A stretch of DNA of 58,514 nt from Thermoproteota archaeon (GTDB lineage Archaea > Thermoproteota > Nitrososphaeria > Nitrososphaerales > Nitrososphaeraceae), in contig JBKPEX010000298.1 in assembly GCA_046728625.1 (NCBI GenBank), forward strand, positions 1 to 58,514. Reading direction: 5' to 3'. Below the pieces are notes generated by a model that made no database searches, was not told where the DNA came from, and saw only the letters and a list, made by a program, of their open reading frames with translations. Both the position numbers and the translations under genes were made by a program. Shown here one piece after another: positions 10,706 to 21,117 of this stretch. Positions within the stretch are counted from its first letter, which is position 1, and each line of letters starts with the position of its first letter.

Positions 10706-11035
10706 TTAAGTTTGGCTCAACTTTAATATACCAAGTATTCTTTCCAAGACGTCGGTAAGGATAAGCTTCTTCCATCCAAATGTAAACGCTCTTAATTCCT
10801 CTAATGATGTAGGCATTACATTTACAACTTCTGTTGCCTCTTCTTCCTTTAAGCCACATTGTTCGATCTGTTGTTTTATCATTTTCTTTGCAGATTTGGG
10901 ATCGGTTTTTGCAAATTTAACCACGTAGTCATAGGTCCACCGCTGTATCTGATCCATATTATCTGGCTTGACCGTTTCCAATATTTCCTTAACCTCTGGA
11001 AGTGCAATAACTTCCCTCTTTATGATATCTGTCAA
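10706..11035 (-). CDS. rpoF: DNA-directed RNA polymerase subunit Rpo4 (RpoF)
   Basis: 109 aa. It is located immediately after rpl21e with a 4-nt overlap, as in the conserved archaeal L21e-RpoF-DUF655-KsgA cluster. The sequence (…KEEEATEVVNVMPTSLEELRAF…) matches the Rpb4/RpoF pattern. Confidence 0.7.
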   Translation of the reverse strand: MTDIIKREVIALPEVKEILETVKPDNMDQIQRWTYDYVVKFAKTDPKSAKKMIKQQIEQCGLKEEEATEVVNVMPTSLEELRAFTFGWKKLILTDVLERILGILKLSQT

Positions 11036-11340
11036 TCTGTTCTACCATCCTTTTGACTTGTTGCTAATGGTTTGATATGATTAAGTTTAGTTTGCAATAT
11101 TTTCTGTTTTTCACCTATTTTTATCGCTATTTTTAGCGTTCTTCTACCAACATCCATAATTATTCCGACTTTTCCTTGGAATCTCCGGTGGGGCATAGTA
11201 CTTTGTTCTCTGGGATCTATATCTACTATGACTTTATCACCGACCTTGTAATCAACAAGTAAATATGACAAACCCCTCGCTATATTGGACTTTGTAAGAA
11301 TAGATCTAGACTTCCTTTTCATTCCATGGGAGCTAGGCAT
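11032..11340 (-). CDS. rpl21e: 50S ribosomal protein L21e
   Basis: MPSSHGMKRKSRSILTK..., GDKV.VDIDP and MPHRRFQGKVG.I are typical L21e. Confidence 0.85.
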   Translation of the reverse strand: MPSSHGMKRKSRSILTKSNIARGLSYLLVDYKVGDKVIVDIDPREQSTMPHRRFQGKVGIIMDVGRRTLKIAIKIGEKQKILQTKLNHIKPLATSQKDGRTD

Positions 11341-11399
11341 TACAAACTCACTATAGGATGCCTCAATTTATTATTATCTGAACGATCCTTGCTCCCATC

Positions 11400-12377
11400 T
11401 TAATCGGGATCAGAGACGCCCTGTTCAGTTAAGGCGAATAATGTCTCCTTTTCTGGATGGTATGGACTATCGACCATTCGTGCGATTCGATTCTTACCAG
11501 ATCGCTTAAGATATACTCTGTATGTACTGGTATGTGCTACAACATGTCCACCCGTTGGACGGAATATATCGCCGAAGATTGCATCAGGAGATGATAGAAT
11601 TTGATTGGTCACTACTACCGCAATATCGTAAGTTTCTGCGATTCGTACCAGCATACGCATGAATTTATTAAGCTTCTGTTGTCTTTCTGAAAGTGTCGCG
11701 CGTCCTATATATTCGGATCTATAGTTCGCAACAGCAGAATCTACTACTAATAATTTCACATTCTCTGTATCGATAACCGAACCAACTTCTTCAATAATTA
11801 ATTCTTGATGCGCACTATTGTATGCTTTTGCAACTATTATATTTTCCAGAGAGCTATCTGGATTCAGATTTCTAGATTTAGCTATAGATACTATTCTTTC
11901 AGGCCTAAACGTATTCTCTGTGTCGAGATACAGAGCCCGGCCATTTAGTCCACCCTCAGATAATTTCTTTTTTACCATGACACATAAAGTATGACAGATC
12001 TGAGTCTTACCTGTACCATATTCACCATAAATTTCCGTGAGGGCTCTTCTTTCTATTCCTCCCTCAAATAGATCATCTAAATTTTTAGAACCTGTTGAAA
12101 TACGATGTTCTTTTTTCCTTCTATCATAAAGGCTTGTGGCTGTAACAAAACTTTTATCAATCAGGCCTAACAATTCAAGTCTGATTCTCGCTTTGTTGCA
12201 TATATATACGGATTTTTCCATTTCCATCCCAGTTACCTCTGAGATGTCTACCGGCCCTCTGACTATCAGGTCCCTAATTGACTTGAATCCTGCTTCTACT
12301 AAACGACCTTTGGTAGCCAGACCAATTCCGATGGTATCTAAATCCAAAGAATCTAAGGACGAGCCGTTTTCCTCCAA
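11400..12377 (-). CDS. radA: DNA repair and recombination protein RadA
   Basis: N-terminal HhH domain, Walker A GEYGTGKTQ, Walker B LLVVDS and ...TNQ...GGHVVAHTSTYR... The length (325 aa) is typical. Confidence 0.95.
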   Translation of the reverse strand: MEENGSSLDSLDLDTIGIGLATKGRLVEAGFKSIRDLIVRGPVDISEVTGMEMEKSVYICNKARIRLELLGLIDKSFVTATSLYDRRKKEHRISTGSKNLDDLFEGGIERRALTEIYGEYGTGKTQICHTLCVMVKKKLSEGGLNGRALYLDTENTFRPERIVSIAKSRNLNPDSSLENIIVAKAYNSAHQELIIEEVGSVIDTENVKLLVVDSAVANYRSEYIGRATLSERQQKLNKFMRMLVRIAETYDIAVVVTNQILSSPDAIFGDIFRPTGGHVVAHTSTYRVYLKRSGKNRIARMVDSPYHPEKETLFALTEQGVSDPD

Positions 12378-12475
12378 TGTTAACTACTACGATGACTAAA
12401 AACGATGGGGCCACTAATTAGTCTTAAGTTACTGCCTTTAAGATTTATTTTATCTATATATAAAAATGGGGATTA

Positions 12476-12508
12476 ACACAGATATATACATATACACAGA
12501 TATATACA
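12476..12508. repeat. 15-nt direct repeat x2 (acacagatatataca, 18-nt period) in the radA / sirC divergent intergenic region
   Basis: Identical copies at 12476-12490 and 12494-12508, followed by further gata/tata-rich sequence to about 12535. Read directly from the sequence. Confidence 0.6.
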
Positions 12509-12645
12509 GATAGAAATATAAAGATATAGATGTATGACAATAATTCCAGATTAGAAATCGATGGCAAGTCCTAAATACTGGATTAAGTGGATCATGCAAC
12601 AATTAAATAAAGAAACTACGGAGTTAATTCCAAAGCACTTAGTGT

Positions 12646-13323
12646 TTGAGATTGATAGTCGATCTAAATCTTGACAATAAACATGTAGTAGTGTTGGGTG
12701 GAGGGACCGAGGGTGTAAGAAAGGTCCGAGGACTTTTAGGTCAAAATTGTAAGATTACAGTGATAAGTAATCATTTGAGTAGGTATCTAATGAAACTTGA
12801 AGAAGAAGGGGAAATTAATACTGTCAAAACGCAAATAAAAGATGCTGGTATACTAGAGAACTACAAGAATGTATTTCTACTTTTGGCTTCTACCAATAAC
12901 AAAACCTTAAACCGCGAACTAGTGGAAAGGGGACGTGCGATGGGTTCATTTGTATACGCGTCTGATGACCCACGTTATAGCGACTTTTCGTATACTTCAA
13001 TTATCAATATTGAAGGCATCATACAGGTAGCAGTTTCAACATTTGGAAAGAGTCCAATTATGGCTCGTAGAATAAGAATTAAGCTAGAGAAGCTGTTGAA
13101 CAAAGCAATAAAAAAGACAGACATTCAAAATGCGAAGTTACAGGAATTCGCAAGGACTGCTGCAAAAGAAAAACTCAAAACCGTTGCAGAAAGAAAGGAA
13201 TTTCTTTATTCCCTAATTCATGACAAACATATTCAGAACCTTATTAAGGAAGACAGGTTTCAAGAAGCTAAAAGCGCAACACTTGTACTGTTAGAAAACC
13301 AGGAGAATAAAATAAATAAATGA
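12646..13323 (+). CDS. sirC: precorrin-2 dehydrogenase / sirohydrochlorin ferrochelatase (SirC/Met8-like)
   Basis: N-terminal Rossmann motif VVVLGGGTEGVRKV, ~225 aa. Its stop overlaps the hemA start (ATGA). TTG start. Confidence 0.75.
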   Translation: MRLIVDLNLDNKHVVVLGGGTEGVRKVRGLLGQNCKITVISNHLSRYLMKLEEEGEINTVKTQIKDAGILENYKNVFLLLASTNNKTLNRELVERGRAMGSFVYASDDPRYSDFSYTSIINIEGIIQVAVSTFGKSPIMARRIRIKLEKLLNKAIKKTDIQNAKLQEFARTAAKEKLKTVAERKEFLYSLIHDKHIQNLIKEDRFQEAKSATLVLLENQENKINK

Positions 13324-14606
13324 CATTGTATACAATTGAAGAACCACTGCAGGTGGTTAATGCTAGAGTTACGTTCAGGAACGCACCTATTCATCTTCTT
13401 GAGAAATTTGCTTTCAAAGATCTGGATATTGCACACAAACTATTTTTAGAAAAGTCCGGATTGAAGGAATGTATTATTCTCCAGACATGTAACCGAGTAG
13501 AGGTATTTGCTGTAAGTAATAATCCTGATTTACATAAACTGCTTGAGGTTTGGGCCTCCATTATAGAATTGCCGATAGGAGAATTTATTAAAATTGTAGA
13601 AACTAATAGAGGTGATGATGTGGTGCTCCACATATTAAAACTAGCGTCGGGTTTAGATTCACTGGTTCTGGGTGAACATCAGGTATTGAATCAGGTGAAA
13701 CGTGCTCTTGAATTCTCTCGTAAAAATCGCTATGCTGCTTATTATCTTTCCACTATATTTAACAAAGCGATAAAGGTGGGCATCAGAGTCAGAACAAGTA
13801 CCAACCTAAACAAGGGAAGCGTTTCGATCGGATCGATGTCTGTGAACTTGGCAGAAGAATATTTTGATGATCTGCAGAAGAAGTGCATTCTGTTAATTGG
13901 TTCGGGTGAGGGTGCTAGTCTAATTGCAAAGTCACTGAAGCAGAGAAACATTAATTTTCTGATAACTAGCAGGACCTATAAAAGAGCTAAATCATTTGCC
14001 GATACAGTCGCAGGTAAACCAATTCTATTTGAGAGTGCATTAGAAAAGCTATATGAAGTAGATTTGATATTTGTTGCTACTGCTGCTCCATATTACTTGA
14101 TTACCTATGATAGGATAGAAAAAGCTATGAATAGCAGGCAAGAGGGAATAATGATTTTGGATCTTTCTAATCCTAGAGCCGTAGAAGAAAGGGTGGCCTC
14201 AATAAGTAAAATAAAATTGGTAAATATGGATCAGATAGTCGAGATTGTGGAGAAGAATATACGGTCACGCAGAAATGAAATATACTCAGCTGAAAGGATA
14301 ATAGAAAATGAAATGAGATGTGTTGATAGCATCTTTAAGAGGAAGAAAGCAGAACCCGTAGTTACTTCTATCTTTAAAAGCGTAGAAGTTATTCGAGAGC
14401 GTGAGCTTAAAAAAGCACTTTCCATACTTGGTGAGAAATTAGGACCTAAGGAATTTAGAGTGATTGAACAATTTTCACATGCCATAGTAGAGGGTGTTCT
14501 ATCTGTTCCTATGAACAACCTTAAAAAGGAAATTGAGTCAGACAACCAAAAACATGAAGATCTAATAAAGATGGCTGCCAAGTTATTCAAATATGAAGAC
14601 AAATAA
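13320..14606 (+). CDS. hemA: glutamyl-tRNA reductase
   Basis: ILQTCNRVEVF (catalytic Cys), GEHQVLNQVK and the NADPH motif LLIGSGEGA. Confidence 0.9.
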   Translation: MTLYTIEEPLQVVNARVTFRNAPIHLLEKFAFKDLDIAHKLFLEKSGLKECIILQTCNRVEVFAVSNNPDLHKLLEVWASIIELPIGEFIKIVETNRGDDVVLHILKLASGLDSLVLGEHQVLNQVKRALEFSRKNRYAAYYLSTIFNKAIKVGIRVRTSTNLNKGSVSIGSMSVNLAEEYFDDLQKKCILLIGSGEGASLIAKSLKQRNINFLITSRTYKRAKSFADTVAGKPILFESALEKLYEVDLIFVATAAPYYLITYDRIEKAMNSRQEGIMILDLSNPRAVEERVASISKIKLVNMDQIVEIVEKNIRSRRNEIYSAERIIENEMRCVDSIFKRKKAEPVVTSIFKSVEVIRERELKKALSILGEKLGPKEFRVIEQFSHAIVEGVLSVPMNNLKKEIESDNQKHEDLIKMAAKLFKYEDK

Positions 14607-15609
14607 TATTAATTACCATAGAGACAGTATTGTTGGCTTTCCAACTATTCGATTGAGACGTCTAAGGAAAAAAGTTGCAATACGCGATCTCGTACAAGAA
14701 GTCAGACTATCTGTCAAAGACTTTATATGCCCAATATTTATACAAGAAGGAATAAAAAAGCGTCAAGTTATCGAATTCATGCCTGGGATTGAAAGACTAC
14801 CTATCTATGATATTATAGATGAGGTGCAGACGATTTCAGATCTAGGAATACAAGCTATAATCCTTTTCGGTATCCCAGTCCAAAAGGACACAGCCGCAAC
14901 ATCCGCATTTGACGATAAAGGCATTATACAACGGACAACTGAATTAATTCGTAAGCACTTTGGTGACAAAATTGTTATAATTACTGATGTCTGCCTATGT
15001 CAGTACACATCACATGGACATTGTGGAATTTTGATAAATCAAAAAATAAATAATGATGCTAGCCTTCAGGCCTTAACCAAGGTGGCTTTTAGTCACGCAA
15101 CTGCAGGAGCGGATATGGTGGCACCCTCTGCAATGATGGATGGTCAGGTAAAAGCTATTCGTCACGTCCTAGATGAGAACGGTTTTACAGATACTATCAT
15201 TATGGGCTATTCTGCAAAACAAGCCTCATCATTATATACTCCTTTTAGAGGCGCGGCCAATTGTGCTCCAGAATTTGGTGATAGAAAAACGTATCAAATG
15301 CCTTTCACAAACTCTAACGAGGCTATGCGCGAGATAGAACTGGATATTAAAGAAGGTGCAGATATAATTATGATAAAGCCTGCCATCCCATATCTTGATT
15401 TGATCTATAGAGCAAAAAATTCTACTAATTTACCCATTTGCGCATACAGCGTTTCTGGAGAATATTCTCTGATCAAGGCAGCCGCATATGAGAACTGGAT
15501 CAATGAAAACGCTGTAATGACTGAATTTCTCACATCCATTAAAAGGGCAGGAGCAGACATGTTGATCACCTATCATGCGAAAGAAATGGCCAAATTACTT
15601 AATGACTAA
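14593..15609 (+). CDS. hemB: porphobilinogen synthase (ALA dehydratase), canonical copy
   Basis: RLRRLR N-terminal motif, Zn-type Cys cluster DVCLCQYTSHGHCG, MVAPSAMMDGQV, FGDRKTYQM and Schiff-base lysine context IMIKPA. Confidence 0.95.
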   Translation: MKTNNINYHRDSIVGFPTIRLRRLRKKVAIRDLVQEVRLSVKDFICPIFIQEGIKKRQVIEFMPGIERLPIYDIIDEVQTISDLGIQAIILFGIPVQKDTAATSAFDDKGIIQRTTELIRKHFGDKIVIITDVCLCQYTSHGHCGILINQKINNDASLQALTKVAFSHATAGADMVAPSAMMDGQVKAIRHVLDENGFTDTIIMGYSAKQASSLYTPFRGAANCAPEFGDRKTYQMPFTNSNEAMREIELDIKEGADIIMIKPAIPYLDLIYRAKNSTNLPICAYSVSGEYSLIKAAAYENWINENAVMTEFLTSIKRAGADMLITYHAKEMAKLLND

Positions 15610-15661
15610 CCTAATTAATCATGAAGCAGTTGTATATTATAAATAGGAGCAACTCTCCACG

Positions 15662-16951
15662 ATGGTTATTAACAAATCTGAATCATTGTTTAATAGAGCA
15701 AGAAATCTAATTCCTGCCGGAGTTAATAGTCCTGTCCGCTTTTATGAGCCCTATCCTTTTTTTGCTGCTTCTGCAAAAGGGAGTAAAATTGTTACTGCCG
15801 ATCATGACGTCTATACAGATTATTGTATGGCATATGGATCTATATTGCTAGGGCATGCAAATGCAACTGTGATTGAATCTGTAAAATCTCAACTCGAGGA
15901 TGGTACCTTATTTTGCGTACCTACAGAAAAGGAAGTAAAATTGGCTGAGTTGATTTCAGGCATCATTTCATACGCAGAAATGACACGATTAGTAAATACA
16001 GGTTCAGAAGCTACTATGAATGCTATTAGATTAGCACGTGCATACACAAGGAAAAATAAAATTATAAAATTTGAAGGCTGTTACCATGGTGCGCATGATT
16101 ATGTACTTGTAAAAGGAGGTTTGGATTTAACGAATTCTGCAACCTCTTACGGATCTCTTGAAGAAGTCTCATCTCAAACAATAGTAGTTCCTTACAATGA
16201 AATTATAGCGTTGGAGCAAGTATTAGAAGAGAATGATGAAAACATAGCTTGTGTAATAGTAGAGCCGGTATGTGCTAACATGGGGCTTATTTTGCCAGAA
16301 AAAGAGTATCTGAATGAACTGAGAGAGATAACACATGATAAAAACATATTGCTGATATTTGACGAAGTTGTAACCGGTTTTAGGCTTGCTCTTGGTGGCG
16401 CAGCTGAATTCTTCGGAATCGAACCTGACTTGGCAACATTTGCAAAAGCTATGGGAAGCGGTTTTCCTATCGCCGCAATCGCAGGCAAGAATGAGATAAT
16501 GCAGCATCTAGCACCAAGTGGAAAAGTGTATCAGGCCAGCACCTATGCAGGAAACCCTGTGTCAGTCTCAGCGAGCATAGCTAACATTGAATTATTAATT
16601 CAAGAAAAAAATATAATCTACCCGAAAATTGCCAGAACATGTAATAATATAGTTAATGGAATTAAAGAAGTATTGAATGAATTAGAAATGAATTATACAA
16701 TAAACAGTATAGGATCAATGTATCAATTATTCTTTACTCCTGAAAAAGTAACAGATGCAAAAAGTGCAAAAAAATCTAATTTACGTATGTTCAGAAAGCT
16801 TTACGACGAACTGTTAAGAAAAGGAGTCTTTATTCCACCATCCCAATTTGAGAGTTGTTTTATTTCGTACGCTCATGGTGAAGATGATATAGATATGACT
16901 ATAGAGTCCTATAGACATGCCCTGTATAAGGTAAAAGAAGCGTTATCATGA
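15662..16951 (+). CDS. hemL: glutamate-1-semialdehyde 2,1-aminomutase
   Basis: PAGVNSPVR, VNTGSEATMNAIRLAR, IFDEVVTGFR and FAKAMGSGFP (PLP lysine). Confidence 0.95.
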   Translation: MVINKSESLFNRARNLIPAGVNSPVRFYEPYPFFAASAKGSKIVTADHDVYTDYCMAYGSILLGHANATVIESVKSQLEDGTLFCVPTEKEVKLAELISGIISYAEMTRLVNTGSEATMNAIRLARAYTRKNKIIKFEGCYHGAHDYVLVKGGLDLTNSATSYGSLEEVSSQTIVVPYNEIIALEQVLEENDENIACVIVEPVCANMGLILPEKEYLNELREITHDKNILLIFDEVVTGFRLALGGAAEFFGIEPDLATFAKAMGSGFPIAAIAGKNEIMQHLAPSGKVYQASTYAGNPVSVSASIANIELLIQEKNIIYPKIARTCNNIVNGIKEVLNELEMNYTINSIGSMYQLFFTPEKVTDAKSAKKSNLRMFRKLYDELLRKGVFIPPSQFESCFISYAHGEDDIDMTIESYRHALYKVKEALS

Positions 16952-17898
16952 AGTATAGGGTAGGAACAAGAGGTAGTAGACTTGCTGTTGCTCAAACGAA
17001 GATTGTTTTGCAACAGCTAAGAAGGTTAATACCATCTATTGACTACAAAATCATCACGGTTGCTACGAAAGGTGACATTGATAAAAGACCCTTATTTGCC
17101 ATAGATCAGAAAGGTATTTTTGAAAAAGACTTGGATAAACTTGTCATTTTAGGAAATATAGATTTCGCGGTTCACAGTTTGAAAGATATTCCCTCTGATC
17201 TTTCAAATGAGTTAACCATCGCTTGTATTCCAAAAAGAGCAAAAGCAAATGATGTCTTGGTAAATGGAAAAAAGCAAAAGTTAGCTGAGCTACCTGCTGG
17301 ATCAACCATTGGAACCAGTAGCTTAAGAAGGGCAATCCAAGTGATGAGAAAAAGACCTGATCTTAACGTCAGACCAATAAGGGGGAATGTAGAGACAAGA
17401 GTTACGAAATCTATTGCCTCTAAAGAATATGATGCAGTTATACTTGCAGAGGCGGGTTTAACTAGGATGGGAATGAAAGATGTTATCGTTGAAAGATTTT
17501 GCATAAGGGATTTTGTTCCTGCGCCAGGACAAGGGGCAATTGCAATTGTATCCAGAAAGGATAATTTGAAATTAATTAAAACTTTGAAGTGTATTCAACA
17601 TGTTTCTTCTAAAGCAGAAATTGATGCCGAACGTGCATTGTTAAAAAAGATAGAAGGAGGTTGTAGGTTTCCTGTTGGTGCTATAGCCACTGCTAATCAG
17701 AGTAAACAGAAGATTACTTTGCATGCTAATGTATTTTCGGCCGATGGTACCAAATCAATAGAGGTAAGAGAAACTGGAAGCTCTAATAACCCTAATAATC
17801 TTGGAACAAGAACCGGAAATTTGCTTTTGGAACGAGGGGCAGCAAATTTATCACAAGGTTGGCGGAATGCCGTGATAGAGTGGAACAAAAATTTATGA
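16948..17898 (+). CDS. hemC: hydroxymethylbilane synthase (porphobilinogen deaminase)
   Basis: VGTRGSRLAVAQT, AVHSLKD, GTSSLRR and RGNVETR. ATGA overlap with hemL. Confidence 0.9.
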   Translation: MKYRVGTRGSRLAVAQTKIVLQQLRRLIPSIDYKIITVATKGDIDKRPLFAIDQKGIFEKDLDKLVILGNIDFAVHSLKDIPSDLSNELTIACIPKRAKANDVLVNGKKQKLAELPAGSTIGTSSLRRAIQVMRKRPDLNVRPIRGNVETRVTKSIASKEYDAVILAEAGLTRMGMKDVIVERFCIRDFVPAPGQGAIAIVSRKDNLKLIKTLKCIQHVSSKAEIDAERALLKKIEGGCRFPVGAIATANQSKQKITLHANVFSADGTKSIEVRETGSSNNPNNLGTRTGNLLLERGAANLSQGWRNAVIEWNKNL

Positions 17899-18659
17899 GA
17901 CGAAGTAAAGGTAATGGGAAAGTTTACATTTGTGGTGCTGGTCCAGGAGATCCTAAGTTAATTACAGTAAAAGCTGCAGAACTTTTAAAGAGCTGCCAAG
18001 TTGTGCTGTATGATAGACTAATTAGCAAGAAAATCATAAATTTGATTCCCTCATCTTCTGAAAAAGTTTATGTAGGAAGGGTGGCGGGTGATCCTGTAAC
18101 ACATCAGGATAATACTAACCAACTAATGATTAATTACGCAAAAAAAGGAAAGAAAGTCTTGCGTCTGAAGGGAGGCGATCCTTTTATCTTTGGTAGGGGA
18201 GGTGAAGAAGCGGAATGCTTGGTTCAAAATGACATCAAATTTGAGATAATTCCTGGAATTACATCAGCTATTGGATCAGCAGAATATGCTGGAATTCCAT
18301 TAACACATAGAAAACTTGCTTCCTCCCTGGCTATAGTTACAGGCCACGAAGATCCAGACAAAGCTGATCCAACAGTAAAATGGGACAAATTGGCTAGCGC
18401 TGTGGATACTATTGTTATTCTTATGGGAATAGGGAACATAGAAAAGATCTCATATAGTTTAATACAAGCTGGTGTGGACAAAAATGAGCAAATCGCGGTT
18501 GTCGAAAACGGAACGGTCAAAAAACAACGGATAATTAAGGGAACTCTGTCTAATATTGTAGCCAAGATACAGGACGCAAACATAAAGCCTCCCGCAGTAA
18601 TAATAGTTGGAAAAGTGGTTTCTTTACAAGAAAAGCTCTGTTGGTTTTATGACGGGTGA
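17895..18659 (+). CDS. cobA: uroporphyrinogen-III C-methyltransferase (SUMT)
   Basis: GKVYICGAGPGDPKLITVKA, LKGGDPFIFGRGGEE and IPGITSA. I prefer the ATG at 17895, which forms an ATGA overlap with the hemC stop, over the track start at 17859. Confidence 0.9.
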   Translation: MRRSKGNGKVYICGAGPGDPKLITVKAAELLKSCQVVLYDRLISKKIINLIPSSSEKVYVGRVAGDPVTHQDNTNQLMINYAKKGKKVLRLKGGDPFIFGRGGEEAECLVQNDIKFEIIPGITSAIGSAEYAGIPLTHRKLASSLAIVTGHEDPDKADPTVKWDKLASAVDTIVILMGIGNIEKISYSLIQAGVDKNEQIAVVENGTVKKQRIIKGTLSNIVAKIQDANIKPPAVIIVGKVVSLQEKLCWFYDG

Positions 18660-19467
18660 TTTATTGTCACAGTCTCTAAACGGAAAAGTGCTTGCAGTGA
18701 CAAGGAAAGGTGTTTTAGCTAAAGAGTTTATACGACTTGTAAATCTAGAGGGAGGTACTGTAATTTCGCTACCTACCATTGATGTAGAACCTGCAGAATC
18801 CAAAGTGGTCGAAGAATTTATTGATAAAATATCTGGACGAAAGTACGATTATTGTATGTTTTTAAGTTCACAAGCAGTCAATGTTCTGTTTGATTTTGCA
18901 TTCAGCGTAAACAAAACCAAGCAAGTTGTTTCATCGTTAAATTCGACAATTGTTGTGGCAATCGGGCCCAAGACTATGCAAAGTCTGGAAAAGTACAATG
19001 TAGCAGTCAAGCTAATCCCAGAAAAATACTCATCTGAAGATTTGGTAACTTTATTCTCTAAAATGCATTGCGAGGGGAAGACTATCATTATCCCGAGGAG
19101 TACTGCCGCAGATGAATTCATAGCGAAGAGCCTTTCGGCTCTAGGAATGGTGGTGGATGAATCATTTCTTTATACGGTACAGACATCAGGGCTGACTACT
19201 ATATGGAATCACTTTTCATTTTTGCTCCAACAAAAGAAGATAGATGCTATTATCTTTACTAGTAGATCGACAGTTCTATCATTTTTTGAAATAATGGAAA
19301 AATTGTCAGTTAATGCGGTCTCGTTGAAGAATGTTAAAGCTGTCATAGCAATTGGTCCACGAACTGCCGCAGCGCTAAGGATTAAAGGTATTCTATCTTT
19401 TGAAGCTAAAGAACATACTTTAATAGGCACTTTCAACCTAGCCAAGAGACTCTTGAACGGAGATTAG
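18649..19467 (+). CDS. hemD: uroporphyrinogen-III synthase
   Basis: ~270 aa, with the two-lobed HemD-like pattern (…VAIGPKT… repeated as …IAIGPRTA…) and its position at the end of the hem operon. The ATG at 18649 overlaps the cobA stop by 11 nt. Confidence 0.75.
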   Translation: MTGDLLSQSLNGKVLAVTRKGVLAKEFIRLVNLEGGTVISLPTIDVEPAESKVVEEFIDKISGRKYDYCMFLSSQAVNVLFDFAFSVNKTKQVVSSLNSTIVVAIGPKTMQSLEKYNVAVKLIPEKYSSEDLVTLFSKMHCEGKTIIIPRSTAADEFIAKSLSALGMVVDESFLYTVQTSGLTTIWNHFSFLLQQKKIDAIIFTSRSTVLSFFEIMEKLSVNAVSLKNVKAVIAIGPRTAAALRIKGILSFEAKEHTLIGTFNLAKRLLNGD

Positions 19468-19627
19468 GAAGAGTGACCACATCCATAATAGATCGTGGTA
19501 AAATTATGAGCCATTTCAAATAATTTGAGTTCTTTAATGTAGCGTCTATACAGAACATTATGAATATCTCTTTATATATATCTCTCATGAATTGCTCCGT
19601 TGAAGCAAGCTTTTTCTGAATTTATGC

Positions 19628-19641
19628 AAAATATATATAAT
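19628..19641 (+). promoter_or_regulatory. candidate TATA box for sufB (about -30 from the ATG; leaderless or very short leader)
   Basis: aaaatatatataat is centred ~30 nt upstream of the sufB ATG at 19665. Confidence 0.35.
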
Positions 19642-19664
19642 ACATAACGCCGTTATACTGTCAT

Positions 19665-21065
19665 ATGGCTACTAAAGAGTTGAACATGGATTATAGTAAA
19701 TATGACTTTAAGGATTCTACAGAACTCTATGTATATTTGAGCAAGAAAGGTCTATCTAAAGGAACCGTAGAGGAAATTAGCCGAATGAAAGGCGAACCAG
19801 ATTGGATGAGAGATTTTAGATTGAGGTCATATGATGTTTTTATGAGTAAGCCTATGCCTAATTGGGGCGGTGATTTGTCCAAGATCGATTTTCAGAATAT
19901 CTATTATTATGCAAAGGCGTCTGAGAAGCAAGGAAAAAGCTGGGATGATGTTCCTGACTCTGTAAGGAATACTTTTGAAAAGCTTGGTATTCCGGAGGCA
20001 GAGAGAAAGTTTCTTGCAGGTGTAGGTGCTCAATATGAATCTGAAGTAGTATATCATAACCTGAGAGAAGATCTTGAAAAGCAGGGCGTTATTTTCATTG
20101 ATACTGACTCTGCGGTGAAAGAACAACCAGAAATTATGAGAAAACATTTTGGAAAGGTTATTCCACCCGAAGACAATAAGTTTGCTGCACTAAATAGTGC
20201 TGTTTGGTCAGGCGGGTCATTCATTTACATTCCACCTAATGTAAAGGTAGATCTACCACTACAAGCGTATTTTAGAATCAATGCTGAAAACATAGGTCAA
20301 TTTGAGAGAACCCTGATCATCGCAGATGAGGGTGCAGAAGTCCATTATATTGAAGGATGTACCGCTCCTGTTTATGCTACTGAATCACTTCACTCCGCGG
20401 TTGTAGAATTGATTGCAAAGAAAGGAGCTAAGATTAGATATACTACCATACAGAACTGGAGTAAGGATGTATATAACTTAGTTACCAAGAGAGCATATGC
20501 GTATGAAAATGCTACAGTTGAATGGGTTGATGGAAATCTTGGTAGCAAATTAACTATGAAGTATCCAGGAGTTTATATGCTTGGAAAGAACGCTCATGCT
20601 GAAGTAATATCTGTCGCCTTTGCAGGCGCTGGTCAGCATCAAGACGCGGGTGCAAAAGCAGTGCATTTAGCACCAAATACTACATCTAGAATTACAAGTA
20701 AGTCAGTCAGTAAGGATGCCGGTAGAACCACATATAGAGGCTTGCTTCACGTTGCAAAAGGTGCTACAGGAGTAAAGTCAAATGTTAGATGTGATGCTTT
20801 ATTATTAGATGAAAATTCAAGAACTGACACCTATCCGTACGTAGAAGTAAATGAAGAAGATGCAACCATATCGCATGAAGCAACTGTGGGAAAAATTGGA
20901 GATGAGCAAATATTCTATCTAATGAGCAGAGGATTTTCCGAATCTGACGCATTATCATTGATCGTTGGTGGCTTTATGGAACCATTTACAAAAGAATTAC
21001 CTATGGAATACGCAGTTGAGCTAAACAGAATGGTAAAGCTTGAAATGGAAGGATCAGTAGGATAA
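19665..21065 (+). CDS. sufB: Fe-S cluster assembly scaffold protein SufB
   Basis: Strongly conserved SufB blocks: [36 protein letters not shown] and [20 protein letters not shown]. Confidence 0.95.
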   Translation: MATKELNMDYSKYDFKDSTELYVYLSKKGLSKGTVEEISRMKGEPDWMRDFRLRSYDVFMSKPMPNWGGDLSKIDFQNIYYYAKASEKQGKSWDDVPDSVRNTFEKLGIPEAERKFLAGVGAQYESEVVYHNLREDLEKQGVIFIDTDSAVKEQPEIMRKHFGKVIPPEDNKFAALNSAVWSGGSFIYIPPNVKVDLPLQAYFRINAENIGQFERTLIIADEGAEVHYIEGCTAPVYATESLHSAVVELIAKKGAKIRYTTIQNWSKDVYNLVTKRAYAYENATVEWVDGNLGSKLTMKYPGVYMLGKNAHAEVISVAFAGAGQHQDAGAKAVHLAPNTTSRITSKSVSKDAGRTTYRGLLHVAKGATGVKSNVRCDALLLDENSRTDTYPYVEVNEEDATISHEATVGKIGDEQIFYLMSRGFSESDALSLIVGGFMEPFTKELPMEYAVELNRMVKLEMEGSVG

Positions 21066-21117
21066 ATAGAAATTACTATCTCTATTTTATTTAACAGTAA
21101 TGTGGTGATACCTCTTC

